Of a stretch of 64,000 bases of DNA, positions 8,804 to 19,058 are shown piece by piece. The stretch lies in the NCBI GenBank assembly GCA_965248435.1, contig OZ252100.1, positions 2,592,001-2,656,000 of the forward strand, in the 5' to 3' direction. The notes beneath the pieces were generated by a model. It was not told where the DNA came from. It searched no databases and saw only the letters and a program-made list of their open reading frames with translations. Every line of letters begins with the position of its first letter. The first letter of the stretch is position 1. Both the position numbers and the translations under genes were made by a program. The stretch is from Candidatus Latescibacterota bacterium (GTDB lineage Bacteria; Latescibacterota; UBA2968; GCA-2709665).

Positions 8804-9832
8804 ATGCCAAAGCAACTCCATCTTTCGCCCTCCGTTCATCACCGCCACGTGATGGACCGAACCGAACAAACCCTCGCCTACGACGGTGGAGACGTCAAGA
8901 CCTGGCAGCGCAGACTCCGTCGAAAGCTCCGGCAGCTCGTAGGCGATATGCCCGAGGAGCGGGTCCCCCTCAAAGTTCGGACGCTGTGGAAACGCCAGCA
9001 CCCGCTCGGCACGATCGAAAAGATCGTCTTCACGAGTGAACCTTATTCAGATGTGCTCGCCTTCGTCTGCCTGCCCAAAGACGTCGGTCCACCCTACACC
9101 TTCTTCATCTGCGTCCAGGGCCACTCCACCGGGATGCACAATTCAATCGCCGTAACACGCGACGACAATACCAGGCCTCTGAAGGTCCCGGGAGATAGAG
9201 ACTTCGGCCTCGGATGCATGAAGCGGGGCCTCGCCGCCCTCTGCATCGAGCAGAGGTCCTTCGGAGAGCGGCGGGAACAGCTCCAGAAAAGGACCGCCGA
9301 AATGGGCTGTCACGACGCTACCATGCACGCGCTGATGCTCGGCCGCACCCTCGTCGGCGAGCGTGTCTTCGACATCGACCGGGGCATCGACTACCTCGAA
9401 TCGCGCGGGGATGTGGACGTGCGGCGCATCGGCGTGATGGGCAACTCTGGAGGCGGGACTGCGACCCTCTTTTCCGCCGTGATGCTGCCTCGAATCCGAT
9501 ACGCCATGCCTTCCTGCTACTTCTGCACCTTCCGGGACTCCATCATGTCCATCTACCACTGCATGGACAACTACGTCCCCAGTCTCCTCAAATACGCCGA
9601 GATGGCCGACGTCATGGGCTTGTTCGCTCCAAAACCGGTGGTGATCGTCGCCGGAAAATCGGACCCCATCTTCCCGTTCGCCGGAGTCAGGAAAGCGTTC
9701 AGGCACCTGAAAAAGATCTACGCCGCCGCCGGCGCGGCAGACCGCTGCCGCCTCGTCGTCGGCAACGGCGGACACAGGTTCTTCGCGAAACAGGCCTGGC
9801 CGGTCATGCTGAAAGAGATCGCCAAAGACTGA
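8804..9832 (+). CDS. Alpha/beta hydrolase (acetyl-xylan esterase/dienelactone hydrolase-like)
   Basis: GNSGGG nucleophile, AGKSDPIF Asp, GGHRF His. Confidence 0.85.
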   Translation: MPKQLHLSPSVHHRHVMDRTEQTLAYDGGDVKTWQRRLRRKLRQLVGDMPEERVPLKVRTLWKRQHPLGTIEKIVFTSEPYSDVLAFVCLPKDVGPPYTFFICVQGHSTGMHNSIAVTRDDNTRPLKVPGDRDFGLGCMKRGLAALCIEQRSFGERREQLQKRTAEMGCHDATMHALMLGRTLVGERVFDIDRGIDYLESRGDVDVRRIGVMGNSGGGTATLFSAVMLPRIRYAMPSCYFCTFRDSIMSIYHCMDNYVPSLLKYAEMADVMGLFAPKPVVIVAGKSDPIFPFAGVRKAFRHLKKIYAAAGAADRCRLVVGNGGHRFFAKQAWPVMLKEIAKD

Positions 9833-9928
9833 CAAACTTGGTTTCCGCGCCGCGAACGTAACCAGAGTCTGCCGACAGGCGGACTTCCCCATCTCTCCAG
9901 CGCGGGAATTCATTCCCTCGCCAAAACC

Positions 9929-9957
9929 AAAAAAGCGCGGGAGTAAATTCCCGCGCT
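9929..9957 (-). terminator. Intrinsic terminator downstream of the RNA helicase
   Basis: AGCGCGGGA/TCCCGCGCT stem with an A-run on + (U-tract on -). Confidence 0.65.
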
Positions 9958-10050
9958 CTTCCTCAAGTGATTCGGTCGAATCCTAAGCTTGCTTCTGTGT
10001 CCTTTTCGTGGCCCTCCGGATTTTTCCGTGTTCTTCCGTGATCCAGCCTT

Positions 10051-11295
10051 TTAACGCATCCTTTGTTTAGCCGGCCTTTTTTTCCGCCCGAACGGAGGGC
10101 CCTTCGGACGCGGTTGTGACCTGGCCAGATCTCGATCGCGCAGCTCGGCGATCCTGGAACAGTGGAACGGATGGTCTTCCTCTGTCGTGAGTTGGCTCTT
10201 GGTCAACTTCTCTATCCCTCTGAGCAGCGGTACTTCCTCCGCGCCGCAGAATGACAGGGCCGTGCCGATCGCGTCGGCCCGTGCCGTCCTCCCGATTCGG
10301 TGCACGTAGCTTTCCGGATTCTCCGGAAGCTCGAAATTGATCACGTGCGAAATCCCCTCGACGTCGATCCCCCGGGCGACCACATCGGTACCGACGAGGA
10401 CCTTTATCCTCCCCCGGTGGAATGCAGTTAGTGCGCGTTGGCGCTGGCCCTGGCTCTTGTTCGAATGGATCGTATCGGCGGAAATGCCTGACTTCGAAAG
10501 CTGCCGTGATATGCGGTTCGCACGGTGTTTTGTGCGCGTGAAGACCAGGGCTCTCTCTACATTCTCCCCTCTCAGAATGTCAGTGAGGAGTTCCCGTTTA
10601 TGCATCTGCTGAACGAAGAAGACTTTCTGCGCAATGCTTTCGGACACCGACGCGGCTGGCGTGACCGCCACTTCCGACGGGTTCCTCAGCATATCTGAAG
10701 CGAGGTTGGCGATCTCCCAGGAAAGCGTGGCGGAGAAGAACAAGGTCTGCCGATCCCTGGGAAGTTTGGAAACGATCCTGCGGACGTCATCCACGAATCC
10801 CATGTCCAGCATACGATCGGCCTCGTCCAGGACCAGTACTTCTACCTGATCGAGACGGATAAACCCCTGATTGAACAGATCCAACAGGCGTCCTGGAGTC
10901 GCAACGAGGATTTCCGGCTTCTTTTGGAGGGACTTGATCTGTGGAGGTGCAGGTACGCCGCCCAGGATGACCACAGTGCGCGATTTAAGGTGGCGGCCAT
11001 AGGTGCGGAAGCTCTCGTTGACCTGGAGCGCGAGCTCCCGAGTTGGAGTTAGGACCAGGGCTCGGATGCCCCTGGAACCGGGAACGCGCCGCTCATCCAG
11101 CCCCTGCAGAATAGGCAGGGCGAACGCCGCCGTCTTCCCTGTGCCCGTTTGGGCCGTGGCAAGAAGGTCATTCCCGGCGAGTACTTTAGGAATTGCTTCA
11201 CGCTGAACGTCGGTCGGCTTCTTGTAACCTTCATCCGACAGGGCTCGGAGAAGGGGGCTGATCAGCGAGAGTTTCTCGAAAGGATTTGTATCCAT
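10051..11295 (-). CDS. rhlE: DEAD-box RNA helicase, RhlE-like
   Basis: AQTGTGKT, PTRELA, DEAD, SAT, HRIGRTAR; start at MDTNPF after AGGAG RBS. Confidence 0.9.
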   Translation of the reverse strand: MDTNPFEKLSLISPLLRALSDEGYKKPTDVQREAIPKVLAGNDLLATAQTGTGKTAAFALPILQGLDERRVPGSRGIRALVLTPTRELALQVNESFRTYGRHLKSRTVVILGGVPAPPQIKSLQKKPEILVATPGRLLDLFNQGFIRLDQVEVLVLDEADRMLDMGFVDDVRRIVSKLPRDRQTLFFSATLSWEIANLASDMLRNPSEVAVTPAASVSESIAQKVFFVQQMHKRELLTDILRGENVERALVFTRTKHRANRISRQLSKSGISADTIHSNKSQGQRQRALTAFHRGRIKVLVGTDVVARGIDVEGISHVINFELPENPESYVHRIGRTARADAIGTALSFCGAEEVPLLRGIEKLTKSQLTTEEDHPFHCSRIAELRDRDLARSQPRPKGPPFGRKKRPAKQRMR

Positions 11296-11424
11296 GGACT
11301 CCTGTCTTGAAGACCCGAGATCAACGGCGATGGTCTCTGGATGCACTCAAGACAGAACCAGAATGCGAGAAGTAGCGCAGGAAATCTTCGGAGGTTAATG
11401 TGGAGCAGACAACGTAGAGCATTT

Positions 11425-11453
11425 AATATACTAAAAAATCAAGATTTAGGCAA
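11425..11453 (-). promoter_or_regulatory. Putative sigma70 promoter of the helicase
   Basis: TTGCCT-17 bp-TATATT on the minus strand. Confidence 0.55.
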
Positions 11454-11563
11454 GGGCCATGGAGAAATGGCCCAAGGTGCACGGCGCCCCGTGGTCTCTA
11501 CAGGTAAGAGATAGGGTTCTTGATTAATCAAGGCGAACACAAGGTTGGCCCTGCATACGCGTC

Positions 11564-12361
11564 CTACCGCCTTACCCAGTGCCTGTAGAGTGGCTTCACG
11601 GCTTCCGGCAGTCCTTCATAGACCTCCGGTTCCACCGCCGGCATCTCATTCTCCTTCAGGCCCGGCTCGTCCACCATTCGGCGCCGCTCCTCCGAACCCG
11701 GCATCAGGATCTCCGCGTTGAACCACCACGGAATATATCGCACGACCATGCCCACGCGCGGCCCGTCGCTGTGATTCGTCGCGGTCGCGTGCCAGAGCCG
11801 GCTGTCGAAAACCATCACACTACCGGCGCGCCCCGTCGCGTTCATCTCTGTCGGGTAGGGCTCGAACAGGGGGACACCAATATCGCCGGTCGGATTGTTG
11901 GACGCCCGGTGGCTCCCGGGCACGATCCAGGTGCCGCCGTTCTCCTCCGTGAAATCCGAGATCATCCAGAGAGATGAGAGCTGAACGGAAAAGTCCGGAT
12001 AGGGCGGTTCAATGTGGCCCGGCTTCTCCTGATTGTAGGGCCAGTCTGCGTGCCAGCGGCCGCGATCGTTACCTGGCTGTGTGATCAAAGTGGCCGTGAA
12101 GGAGATTCTTGCGTGCGGCCCGAACCAGTTCTCTGCCACGTTCAGCACGCGCGCATCCGCAACGTGAGGCACGAAGGTGGGCAGATCGCCCAGGATATCG
12201 TACGCGCTCACCACGCCCTGATAGGTCCTGCTCACGCCCTGGGCCGCTGTGACCGCCTCGATCTCCTGACGAATCTGCGCCACATTTTCCTCGGGAATGA
12301 CCCCCTCGATGACACACCAGCCATCGATCTCCAGATGCTGCAGAATCTCTTCAAGTTTCAC
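11564..12361 (-). CDS. Phytanoyl-CoA dioxygenase (PhyH) family Fe/2OG oxygenase
   Basis: WHAD (HxD), ENGGTWIVPGSH, LWHA...R. Confidence 0.88.
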   Translation of the reverse strand: MKLEEILQHLEIDGWCVIEGVIPEENVAQIRQEIEAVTAAQGVSRTYQGVVSAYDILGDLPTFVPHVADARVLNVAENWFGPHARISFTATLITQPGNDRGRWHADWPYNQEKPGHIEPPYPDFSVQLSSLWMISDFTEENGGTWIVPGSHRASNNPTGDIGVPLFEPYPTEMNATGRAGSVMVFDSRLWHATATNHSDGPRVGMVVRYIPWWFNAEILMPGSEERRRMVDEPGLKENEMPAVEPEVYEGLPEAVKPLYRHWVRR

Positions 12362-12411
12362 GATCCGTTTCCTTTTTTCGCCGCAATTTCCACGCGACCC
12401 GTTCTGTGATT

Positions 12412-12535
12412 CTGGAGTGTTGCAGTACTGGAGTGCTGGAGTATTGGAAGATTTTGCCTTTCCTTTCCATTACTCCATTACTCCACTCCCCCAGCACTCA
12501 CGTTCTCTTCTGACTACTCCATTCCCCAACACTCG
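12412..12535. repeat. Octamer-arm (GGAGTATT/TACTCCA) REP-like inverted array
   Basis: TGGAGT(G/A)(T/C) units followed by inverted (T/C)ACTCCA units. Confidence 0.55.
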
Positions 12536-12548
12536 CAGCTCCCGCTCC

Positions 12549-13379
12549 TCATTCCTCCGGTATCTCGATCGGCAGATCTGTCCGATCTCCCCACTCCTTC
12601 CACGACCCAACATAATTTCGCACGCGTGGATAACCGAGCAGACGAAGCGCCAGGTAGGCGTGTGCGGAGCGATAGCCCCCCTGACAGTAGCACGCGATCT
12701 CCTGTTCCGGCACCACGCCGGCGTCCTCATACATCTGGCTCAGCTCGTCCGCCGGCTTGAATGCCCCGTCTTCATCCAGGTTCCTGAGGTATTCCACGTG
12801 AACCGCACCGGGTATCGCACCCGCCCGCGCAGCACGTGCAATCCTGCCGTAATACTCATCATCACTCCGCGTATCGAGCACGACAAAACCTTCTTTCCCC
12901 AGGGAGTTCTTCAGTTCTTCCGCTCCGATCTGGCGTTCTGGAACCGGTCTCGCCTCAAATGAAGCCCGCTCGGGCGCCGGACATTCCGTGGTCAGAGGAT
13001 ATCCCATTCCCTTCCACGCCTCCAGGCCGCCGTCCAGCACGTGCACCTCTTCGTGTCCCAGGTATTCGCAGATCCAGAAGCCCCGCGCTGCCCGCATGCC
13101 GGAATCGTTTTCGTAGAACACAATCCTTCTGTCTGATCCGATCCCCCGGCTTCCCAGGAGATAGCCGCACGTCCACATGAACGCCTTGAATGCGACTTCG
13201 TCGGTGTTGTTCAGACTGAATCCATACAGGTCCAGGTTCTGCGCGCCCAGAATATGACCGGCGACGTATTCGTGAGTCGGTCGAGTATCTACAACACAGA
13301 GGGAGGGATCCTCAAGACGATCGTGCAGGTCGTCCGCGCTCCAAACCAGGTCCGGATTCGCGTATCCCTTGTCGCTCAT
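12549..13379 (-). CDS. Tandem-rhodanese sulfurtransferase (SseA/CysA-like)
   Basis: GHILGA, LDGG, active-site loop CQGGYR, YVGSWKEW. Confidence 0.9.
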   Translation of the reverse strand: MSDKGYANPDLVWSADDLHDRLEDPSLCVVDTRPTHEYVAGHILGAQNLDLYGFSLNNTDEVAFKAFMWTCGYLLGSRGIGSDRRIVFYENDSGMRAARGFWICEYLGHEEVHVLDGGLEAWKGMGYPLTTECPAPERASFEARPVPERQIGAEELKNSLGKEGFVVLDTRSDDEYYGRIARAARAGAIPGAVHVEYLRNLDEDGAFKPADELSQMYEDAGVVPEQEIACYCQGGYRSAHAYLALRLLGYPRVRNYVGSWKEWGDRTDLPIEIPEE

Positions 13380-13419
13380 GCATCAACTCCTTGAATCTGA
13401 TTCCTAAAGAGGATTGTCT

Positions 13420-13482
13420 TCAAATCCAGAAATCGCAAGAATCAAAACGTTTTTACCTTCGCGGTCCGCGGTCTGCGGTCTA
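13420..13482. repeat. Heptamer-arm REP-like element, copy 2 (inverted)
   Basis: GCGGTCCGCGGTCTGCGGTCT next to the AATCAA core. Confidence 0.55.
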
Positions 13483-13515
13483 TGACTACTGCAACAATCG
13501 CGACCTATCTTTAGG

Positions 13516-14175
13516 TCAGGGACTGAAGAGCAATCGGGCATACAGGTAAGCCAGTGCCTCCGCGATCACCGTGCGCACGCCCCCGCTCGTCCTCCACCAC
13601 GCGTCCGGGTCATACCCCTCATTCTTCAGGGCAACGATTCCGACCTGGAACTCCCCGTCCATCGCCGTTTCGTAGAGCAGCCGCGTACGCCTCGCGTGAG
13701 GCCCCACCGAATAAAGGTCAAACGACCGCGCCCCCGTTTCCGAGTCGCGCAGCCAGGCCTTCAGCGCCGCCGCAGTGGAGTAGGTCCGATCTCTCTGAAC
13801 ATAGGCTGCAGGCACCGCAACGACCCGGTCCGATGCTACGCCCAGGTCCCGAATCGAAGCCGCCGTCACCTCCGCGTAGCTTTCATACTCCGGAAAACAC
13901 TGCCTGAAATAGGAGGCATCGGGAATCGGGATCCCGGTGGCGATCACTCGCCGATACCCTTTTGAATGGAACTCAGCGGCTACTTTCTCCAACGCATACT
14001 TCGGCAGCCAACCTTCTACTACCATCAGATCCCCGCCCACTGGCTGATTGACTGCCAGGAACGGATGGATCCCGGTCACCACGACGGCAAGGATGATCAA
14101 TCCGCACGCACCGATCATCAGCCAGCCCAGGCCGGTCGGGATCCAGACTTCCTTTTTCCGGAGAAATCGTGACAA
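13516..14175 (-). CDS. YdcF/ElyC (DUF218) family membrane-anchored protein
   Basis: N-terminal TM, VVEGW, RTYSTA, HARRT, terminal E-x-x-AYLY. Confidence 0.75.
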   Translation of the reverse strand: MSRFLRKKEVWIPTGLGWLMIGACGLIILAVVVTGIHPFLAVNQPVGGDLMVVEGWLPKYALEKVAAEFHSKGYRRVIATGIPIPDASYFRQCFPEYESYAEVTAASIRDLGVASDRVVAVPAAYVQRDRTYSTAAALKAWLRDSETGARSFDLYSVGPHARRTRLLYETAMDGEFQVGIVALKNEGYDPDAWWRTSGGVRTVIAEALAYLYARLLFSP

Positions 14176-14275
14176 GTGAGGAAATTCGTATTTCGTTGGA
14201 ATGAATCACATCGATGGATGAATCAGGTGCTTCCGAGAACCACGAAAGACAAGCGACGAACCTCGACCAACGGAC

Positions 14276-15484
14276 CTACGCTCGACTCGTGACTGCCTTT
14301 TCCACCAGATTTCGAATTTCGGCAACTCGGAACGGCTTCTGCAGCTGGAAGTCGAATGGCGAGAGCCTGGCATCTCCATCTTCGGGGATCAGCCCGGTGA
14401 TCAACACCGTCCTGACGGTGGGATCGATCTCCTTCATCCTGCGAGCGATTTCATCTCCGGGGATCCCCGGAATCGCCAGATCGATCAGTGCCACGTCATA
14501 CTTCCCTTCCTCAAAACGCGCAAGGCCTGTCTCTCCATTATCGACGGCCTCCACAACTCGAGGCTCGAGCGCAATCTTTACGACCTCGAGCACGGCAGCG
14601 TCGTCGTCTATGACGATGACCCTGCCGCCGACTTCCTCCAGCTCGGCATCTTCCCATAAGGGAATCAGGAGGCTGAACGTGGAGCCGCCTCCCGGGGAGG
14701 TCTCGACCTCCACACTTCCCCCCCATCCCGTGATCAGCTGATGCACGATCGAGAGACTCAGGCCGCTGCCTACATCCTTCTTCGTAGTGAAGAATGGCTC
14801 GAAGATTCTCTCCCGTGTCTCCTCGTCCATTCCGATGCCTCTGTCCTTCACCTTCAATTCCACTTGATTCTGGGCAGAAGCAGTTGAAACCTCGATCCTT
14901 CCACCACTCGTCGTAGCTTCAACGGCATTGCCAAGGAGACTGTCCAGGATCATCCGAAGTTCCTCAGGCGTGCCTTTCACCGGTGGAACATCCTCCAATC
15001 TTGCTACAATCTCGATCCCTGGGGAGCTCCCGTCCTCCTTTACCGCCGCTTCTGTTCGGTGAGCCGCCTCTTCCACGAGTGAGTTAAGGACGTCCACACG
15101 GCGTGGGTTGCTTTCCTTGCTGGCTCTGACCGAAAGGTTGAGGCGATTCACCAGTTCTTTTGCCCGCATGGCGCTCTCGACGATCTTTCCCACCATCTCG
15201 ACCGTCTCGGGATCTTTACTCTGCATCTCGATAATCTGAGCATAGCCCAGGACACCAACCAGAATGTTGTTGAAATTATGCGCCACACCCTTGGCGAACC
15301 GTTCCAGCACCTCCATGCGTTCGTCGTAGATCGCCTCCGGATCGGCCTTGGCGTGTTCCAGGCCCTCGAGTTTTTGGATGCGATCCACGAGGCCTTTCTC
15401 GCGCGCATCCAGCTCGGCCATGTGTCTGCGCATCTCCTCGAGTTCTTCGATCAGCTCGCTTCCTCTCTTTTCGCCCTTATTCAT
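14276..15484 (-). CDS. Hybrid histidine kinase/response regulator
   Basis: AHNFNN H-box, [25 protein letters not shown]; C-terminal REC (IDDD, LIDL, KPF). Confidence 0.9.
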   Translation of the reverse strand: MNKGEKRGSELIEELEEMRRHMAELDAREKGLVDRIQKLEGLEHAKADPEAIYDERMEVLERFAKGVAHNFNNILVGVLGYAQIIEMQSKDPETVEMVGKIVESAMRAKELVNRLNLSVRASKESNPRRVDVLNSLVEEAAHRTEAAVKEDGSSPGIEIVARLEDVPPVKGTPEELRMILDSLLGNAVEATTSGGRIEVSTASAQNQVELKVKDRGIGMDEETRERIFEPFFTTKKDVGSGLSLSIVHQLITGWGGSVEVETSPGGGSTFSLLIPLWEDAELEEVGGRVIVIDDDAAVLEVVKIALEPRVVEAVDNGETGLARFEEGKYDVALIDLAIPGIPGDEIARRMKEIDPTVRTVLITGLIPEDGDARLSPFDFQLQKPFRVAEIRNLVEKAVTSRA

Positions 15485-15503
15485 AACCTATCGTCAGGCG
15501 GCC

Positions 15504-16634
15504 TCAGGACGCCGCAAACTGAGGCGCTCTGATCTCCGTCGGTTTCTCGTGCGACCCGTAGTGAGTCCATTCGTTTTCGCACACCGGTCCACATGCGATC
15601 CAGATCCTCCGCTCCAGAGGTTCCAGCACGATCCCGCAGATCGTCAGCCCGCACCCGGCGCCGTGCACCACCTCATCGTGACGACAGATCGCGATGGGGC
15701 TGTTCACGTGGTCGGCAAGGATCTCACGGAGCGTCTCCGCGTTCGGGCGTTCGATCGTGCGCAGAAGCCGGGTCGCGCGGCCCCACCTGAAGATGCTGTT
15801 GCTCCGATGCTCCGGGGCACGGCGATCCAAGTGTTTGAATCGATCGCTCAAATAGTGATTCGTGTGGACCATCGGTCCGTCGAACGGGCAGAACACCTCG
15901 TAGTCTCTCGATGTCGTTTCGAAGTCGTAAATCTCTCCGTTCGGATCGCAGATGACGTAGTTCAAACCCGAGGCCCTTGGATGTGTGAGGATGGCGTCCA
16001 TCGCCTCGCCGATCGTCTCGCTCGCGAGGATCCGACGCGTCACGAACGGGTAGATCACGCCCGGTCCGGCGTCGGCCGGAATCAGATTGTTGATCACCAC
16101 CCCGATCCCCGCGCTGTTCAGACCGGCGCAACCCACCATCCCGATCATCGTGAAGACCATCGCGTCGGGCCCCTCGGAATCCGTGATCCTCAGTAAGATC
16201 GTCCCTGGTGCGAAGATGGATGGGAGATCGTAATTCTGGCCGATCGTAGCGCCGTTCCCGTCGCGGTCTCCGGGCACCATCAGACTCGTACAGCCCGCTT
16301 CCGTCACCGACCACGATGTGTAGTCCCGAGTCTCCAGAAAGGCGTTCAGCGCGAAGATCTCCTCGAATGACGCGTCCGCCCCTTCCGCGATCCCCCTGAC
16401 CTCCTCGAAGAGATCGGGCGAGTGGGCCTCAGAGGGCTCGGCATAGGTCTGACTGATCTCCAGCACGCGCTGTTTCGTCAGCGGCTCGAGCTCGTGGAGC
16501 CTGGCTCCGTCTTCCAGCTCTTTGAAATAGGCCGCGACGAGCGTCTGGATCTCGGCCCGAAACGCCTCCCCGTGCGCCCGCCCTCGTTCCTTCGGACTTC
16601 CTGAAATTTCCAGTACCGGAAGTTCAGCATTCAT
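15504..16634 (-). CDS. C45 family autoproteolytic acyltransferase/peptidase
   Basis: ERGRAHG, GCTS nucleophile, GQNYD, GLNSAG, HTNH. Confidence 0.87.
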   Translation of the reverse strand: MNAELPVLEISGSPKERGRAHGEAFRAEIQTLVAAYFKELEDGARLHELEPLTKQRVLEISQTYAEPSEAHSPDLFEEVRGIAEGADASFEEIFALNAFLETRDYTSWSVTEAGCTSLMVPGDRDGNGATIGQNYDLPSIFAPGTILLRITDSEGPDAMVFTMIGMVGCAGLNSAGIGVVINNLIPADAGPGVIYPFVTRRILASETIGEAMDAILTHPRASGLNYVICDPNGEIYDFETTSRDYEVFCPFDGPMVHTNHYLSDRFKHLDRRAPEHRSNSIFRWGRATRLLRTIERPNAETLREILADHVNSPIAICRHDEVVHGAGCGLTICGIVLEPLERRIWIACGPVCENEWTHYGSHEKPTEIRAPQFAAS

Positions 16635-16646
16635 ATCGGCCTCCCT

Positions 16647-17537
16647 TTAGACGCGAGAGAATTTCTGAAGCCTCTGGCCGCACCCCGTGTCGTCAGAGAT
16701 CTCCGCCACGTAGATGCTGCCTTCATCGTCCACACAGACGCCGTGCGGCTTCTGCAGCACGCCCCCTTCGGACCCCTTGAACCAGCTGAGCCGCTCTCCA
16801 TCCTGCGTCCACACACTGGCGCGGCCGTGGCCGCCCTGCTCGATCATGTAGACCATGTCGTCCACAATATAGACATCTCCCGGCATATCCAGGTCTTTCC
16901 ATTCTTCGATAAACACGCCGTCTGGGTCGAAGACCTGTACCCGATCGTTCTCTCGATCGCAGACCAGCACACGACCGTCTTTGGTGCACCCCAGGTTGTG
17001 CACCACGGCGAACTGTCCCGGACCGGTGCCCCCTTCCCCCCACGACTTCAAGCGCTCGCCCTCTTTCGAGTACTTGTGTACACAGCGGCCGCCGTAGCCA
17101 TCCGATACGTAGATCGATCCGTCCGGGCCGATCGCCACGCCCGTCGGCATGTTATATTCGACGCGAGCAAACGTCACCCCGGAAATTCCCCGCCTTCCCC
17201 ATTCCCGCTCCATCTCGCCGAGGCGTGTGTAGCGCCTGACGATGTGCTGCCAGGAATCGGTCAGGTAGACCTCGTCGTCCGGGCCGATAAAGATCCCGTG
17301 CGACTGGCTCACCAGGTTCGGGGACTGGCCGAACTGTCCGTAGCCCCAGGAGGTGATGAAATTCCCCGCCTTGTCGAACACGATGATCGGGTGCGTCCCG
17401 CGGGTGAAGGCGTAGATCCGCCCCTTGGAATCGATCGCCGTGTCCGACACCAATGAAAATTCCCAGCCCTCCGGCAGCTTCGCCCAGTCCTCCACTTCTT
17501 CGTAGCGATAGTCCCCTTCTCCGTAAACCATTTCCAC
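16647..17537 (-). CDS. NHL-repeat protein, peptidyl-alpha-hydroxyglycine alpha-amidating lyase-like
   Basis: HGIFI, PTGVA...YVSDGYG, VHN..., CDRENDRVQVF, PHGVCVD repeats. Confidence 0.85.
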   Translation of the reverse strand: MEMVYGEGDYRYEEVEDWAKLPEGWEFSLVSDTAIDSKGRIYAFTRGTHPIIVFDKAGNFITSWGYGQFGQSPNLVSQSHGIFIGPDDEVYLTDSWQHIVRRYTRLGEMEREWGRRGISGVTFARVEYNMPTGVAIGPDGSIYVSDGYGGRCVHKYSKEGERLKSWGEGGTGPGQFAVVHNLGCTKDGRVLVCDRENDRVQVFDPDGVFIEEWKDLDMPGDVYIVDDMVYMIEQGGHGRASVWTQDGERLSWFKGSEGGVLQKPHGVCVDDEGSIYVAEISDDTGCGQRLQKFSRV

Positions 17538-17549
17538 CTCTTAATTATT

Positions 17550-17706
17550 GTGATGCATTTTGGAATCCCCTCAATCCCGCCTTAAGAAAGCGGGAGGACC
17601 GTATTCCTTTATGGGTACTCTATCACAGAGAGCTACCTCCCCCCTTTGGAAAAGCATGTCCCGAGCTTGTCGAGGGAGGGGGTAGGGGGGATTTGTTTCC
17701 ATGTCA
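17550..17706 (+). repeat. ~130-bp REPIN/MITE-like element, copy 1, nested module in right arm
   Basis: AATCCCC..CAATCCC / ATGGGTACTCT / CCCCCTTTGGAAAAG / GGGGGATTTGTT shared with 19854-20010. Confidence 0.8.
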
Positions 17707-17774
17707 ATACCAAACTTCAGTAACGTAATGCGTAAGCTGTTTCAGATCAAGCAGAAACAGCCGCCCGCCATCAA

Positions 17775-17803
17775 TTGACAAGGGGGTTGACGCGCGCTAT
17801 CTT
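17775..17803 (+). promoter_or_regulatory. Putative sigma70 promoter of manA
   Basis: TTGACA-17 bp-TATCTT. Confidence 0.6.
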
Positions 17804-17859
17804 GGGCGCGCAACCGTGTGTATCCTGCTCATTCGTTCCCTCACATCTGACCCTTTCAA

Positions 17860-18855
17860 ATGGCATTACCCGATCTGTTCCCCCTCCGTCCCACCTATCG
17901 AGAGATGATCTGGGGTGGCCGCGGACTCGAGCAGCATCTGAACAAGGACCTTCCTCCCGAGAGGGCAATCGGCGAATCCTGGGAGGTGTCCGCCTGCGAG
18001 GGCATGGAATCCACGGTTTCGGAAGGCCCTTTCTCGGGATGGGACCTGAGGTCTCTCGTCGCCGAGCACGGCCCCGAGCTCCTCGGTCAGCCTGTCTACG
18101 AAAGATACCAGGGCGAATTCCCCCTGCTCATTAAGCTCCTGGACGCCAGGGACAGCCTCTCCATACAGGTCCATCCCAATGATGCCTACGCGAAGGACAG
18201 GGTCCTCGGGCCGTTCGGAAAGATGGAAGCCTGGTACGTCATCCAATCCGAAGGCGGCCGCATCGTCTACGGCCTCCAGGATGGCGTTAATAAGGTGGCA
18301 TTGCAGAGAGCGATCCAGGAGCAGCGTGTAGAAGAACTCGTGAGGACCTTTGACGTCGTCGCCGGAGACGTCGTCTTTATACCGCCCGGCACCGTACACG
18401 CTCTCTGCGGGGGCGCGATGGTCTACGAGGTCCAGCAGTCCAGCGACCTCGTCTTCCGCATCCACGATTACGACCGACTCGGACCCGACGGAAAACCGCG
18501 GGAGCTCCACATCAAGCGGGCCCTCGACGTCATCGACTTCGGCGGTGAGGTCAGGAAACCGTCATACTGGCGCCAGCTCCCAGGAGCGACAAAAGAGGAG
18601 ACGACCCTGGTCGATTCGGAGCACTTCCGGCTGCAGCGCTTCGCCCCCTCCGAAACCCGGACCGAGCATGCCCCGTATCAGAGTTTCGCCTGCCTCACAC
18701 TTCTGGATGGCGAAGCCGATCTGAGCAGGGAGACGGAATCGTATCCAGCGCGAAAGGGCGACACCTTCCTCATCGCGGCAAACCGAGCATTTAGTGTCGC
18801 CTGCCGAGACAATTCGCAAGTTGAGTACATTATCTCATCTGCTGCTTCGAGCTAG
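17860..18855 (+). CDS. manA: Mannose-6-phosphate isomerase, class I
   Basis: IWGG, GESW, PLLIKLLDA, LSIQVHP, EAW, GTVHA, EVQQSSD, RELH. Confidence 0.92.
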   Translation: MALPDLFPLRPTYREMIWGGRGLEQHLNKDLPPERAIGESWEVSACEGMESTVSEGPFSGWDLRSLVAEHGPELLGQPVYERYQGEFPLLIKLLDARDSLSIQVHPNDAYAKDRVLGPFGKMEAWYVIQSEGGRIVYGLQDGVNKVALQRAIQEQRVEELVRTFDVVAGDVVFIPPGTVHALCGGAMVYEVQQSSDLVFRIHDYDRLGPDGKPRELHIKRALDVIDFGGEVRKPSYWRQLPGATKEETTLVDSEHFRLQRFAPSETRTEHAPYQSFACLTLLDGEADLSRETESYPARKGDTFLIAANRAFSVACRDNSQVEYIISSAASS

Positions 18856-18955
18856 ATCCTGGCAGGCTCAGGGGCCTGTGCCGAGTAGGCCCGCAGGGCC
18901 GTACCGAGGTACCTGCCCCTAGGGTGATTCAATTTTTTCAACGATCTCCTAAACT

Positions 18956-18997
18956 GGTGACAATTGTCACAGCTATTATAAAGAAAAATGCTATAAT
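18956..18997 (+). promoter_or_regulatory. CRP/FNR-family box plus extended -10 promoter
   Basis: GGTGA-CAATTG-TCACA (perfect 14-bp palindrome 18957-18970) and TGcTATAAT at 18989-18997. Confidence 0.65.
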
Positions 18998-19058
18998 TAG
19001 GGCCGTGCATAAGTCATTCGATTTCGACGAACACAACCCCCCACAGAGGAGGATCTCC

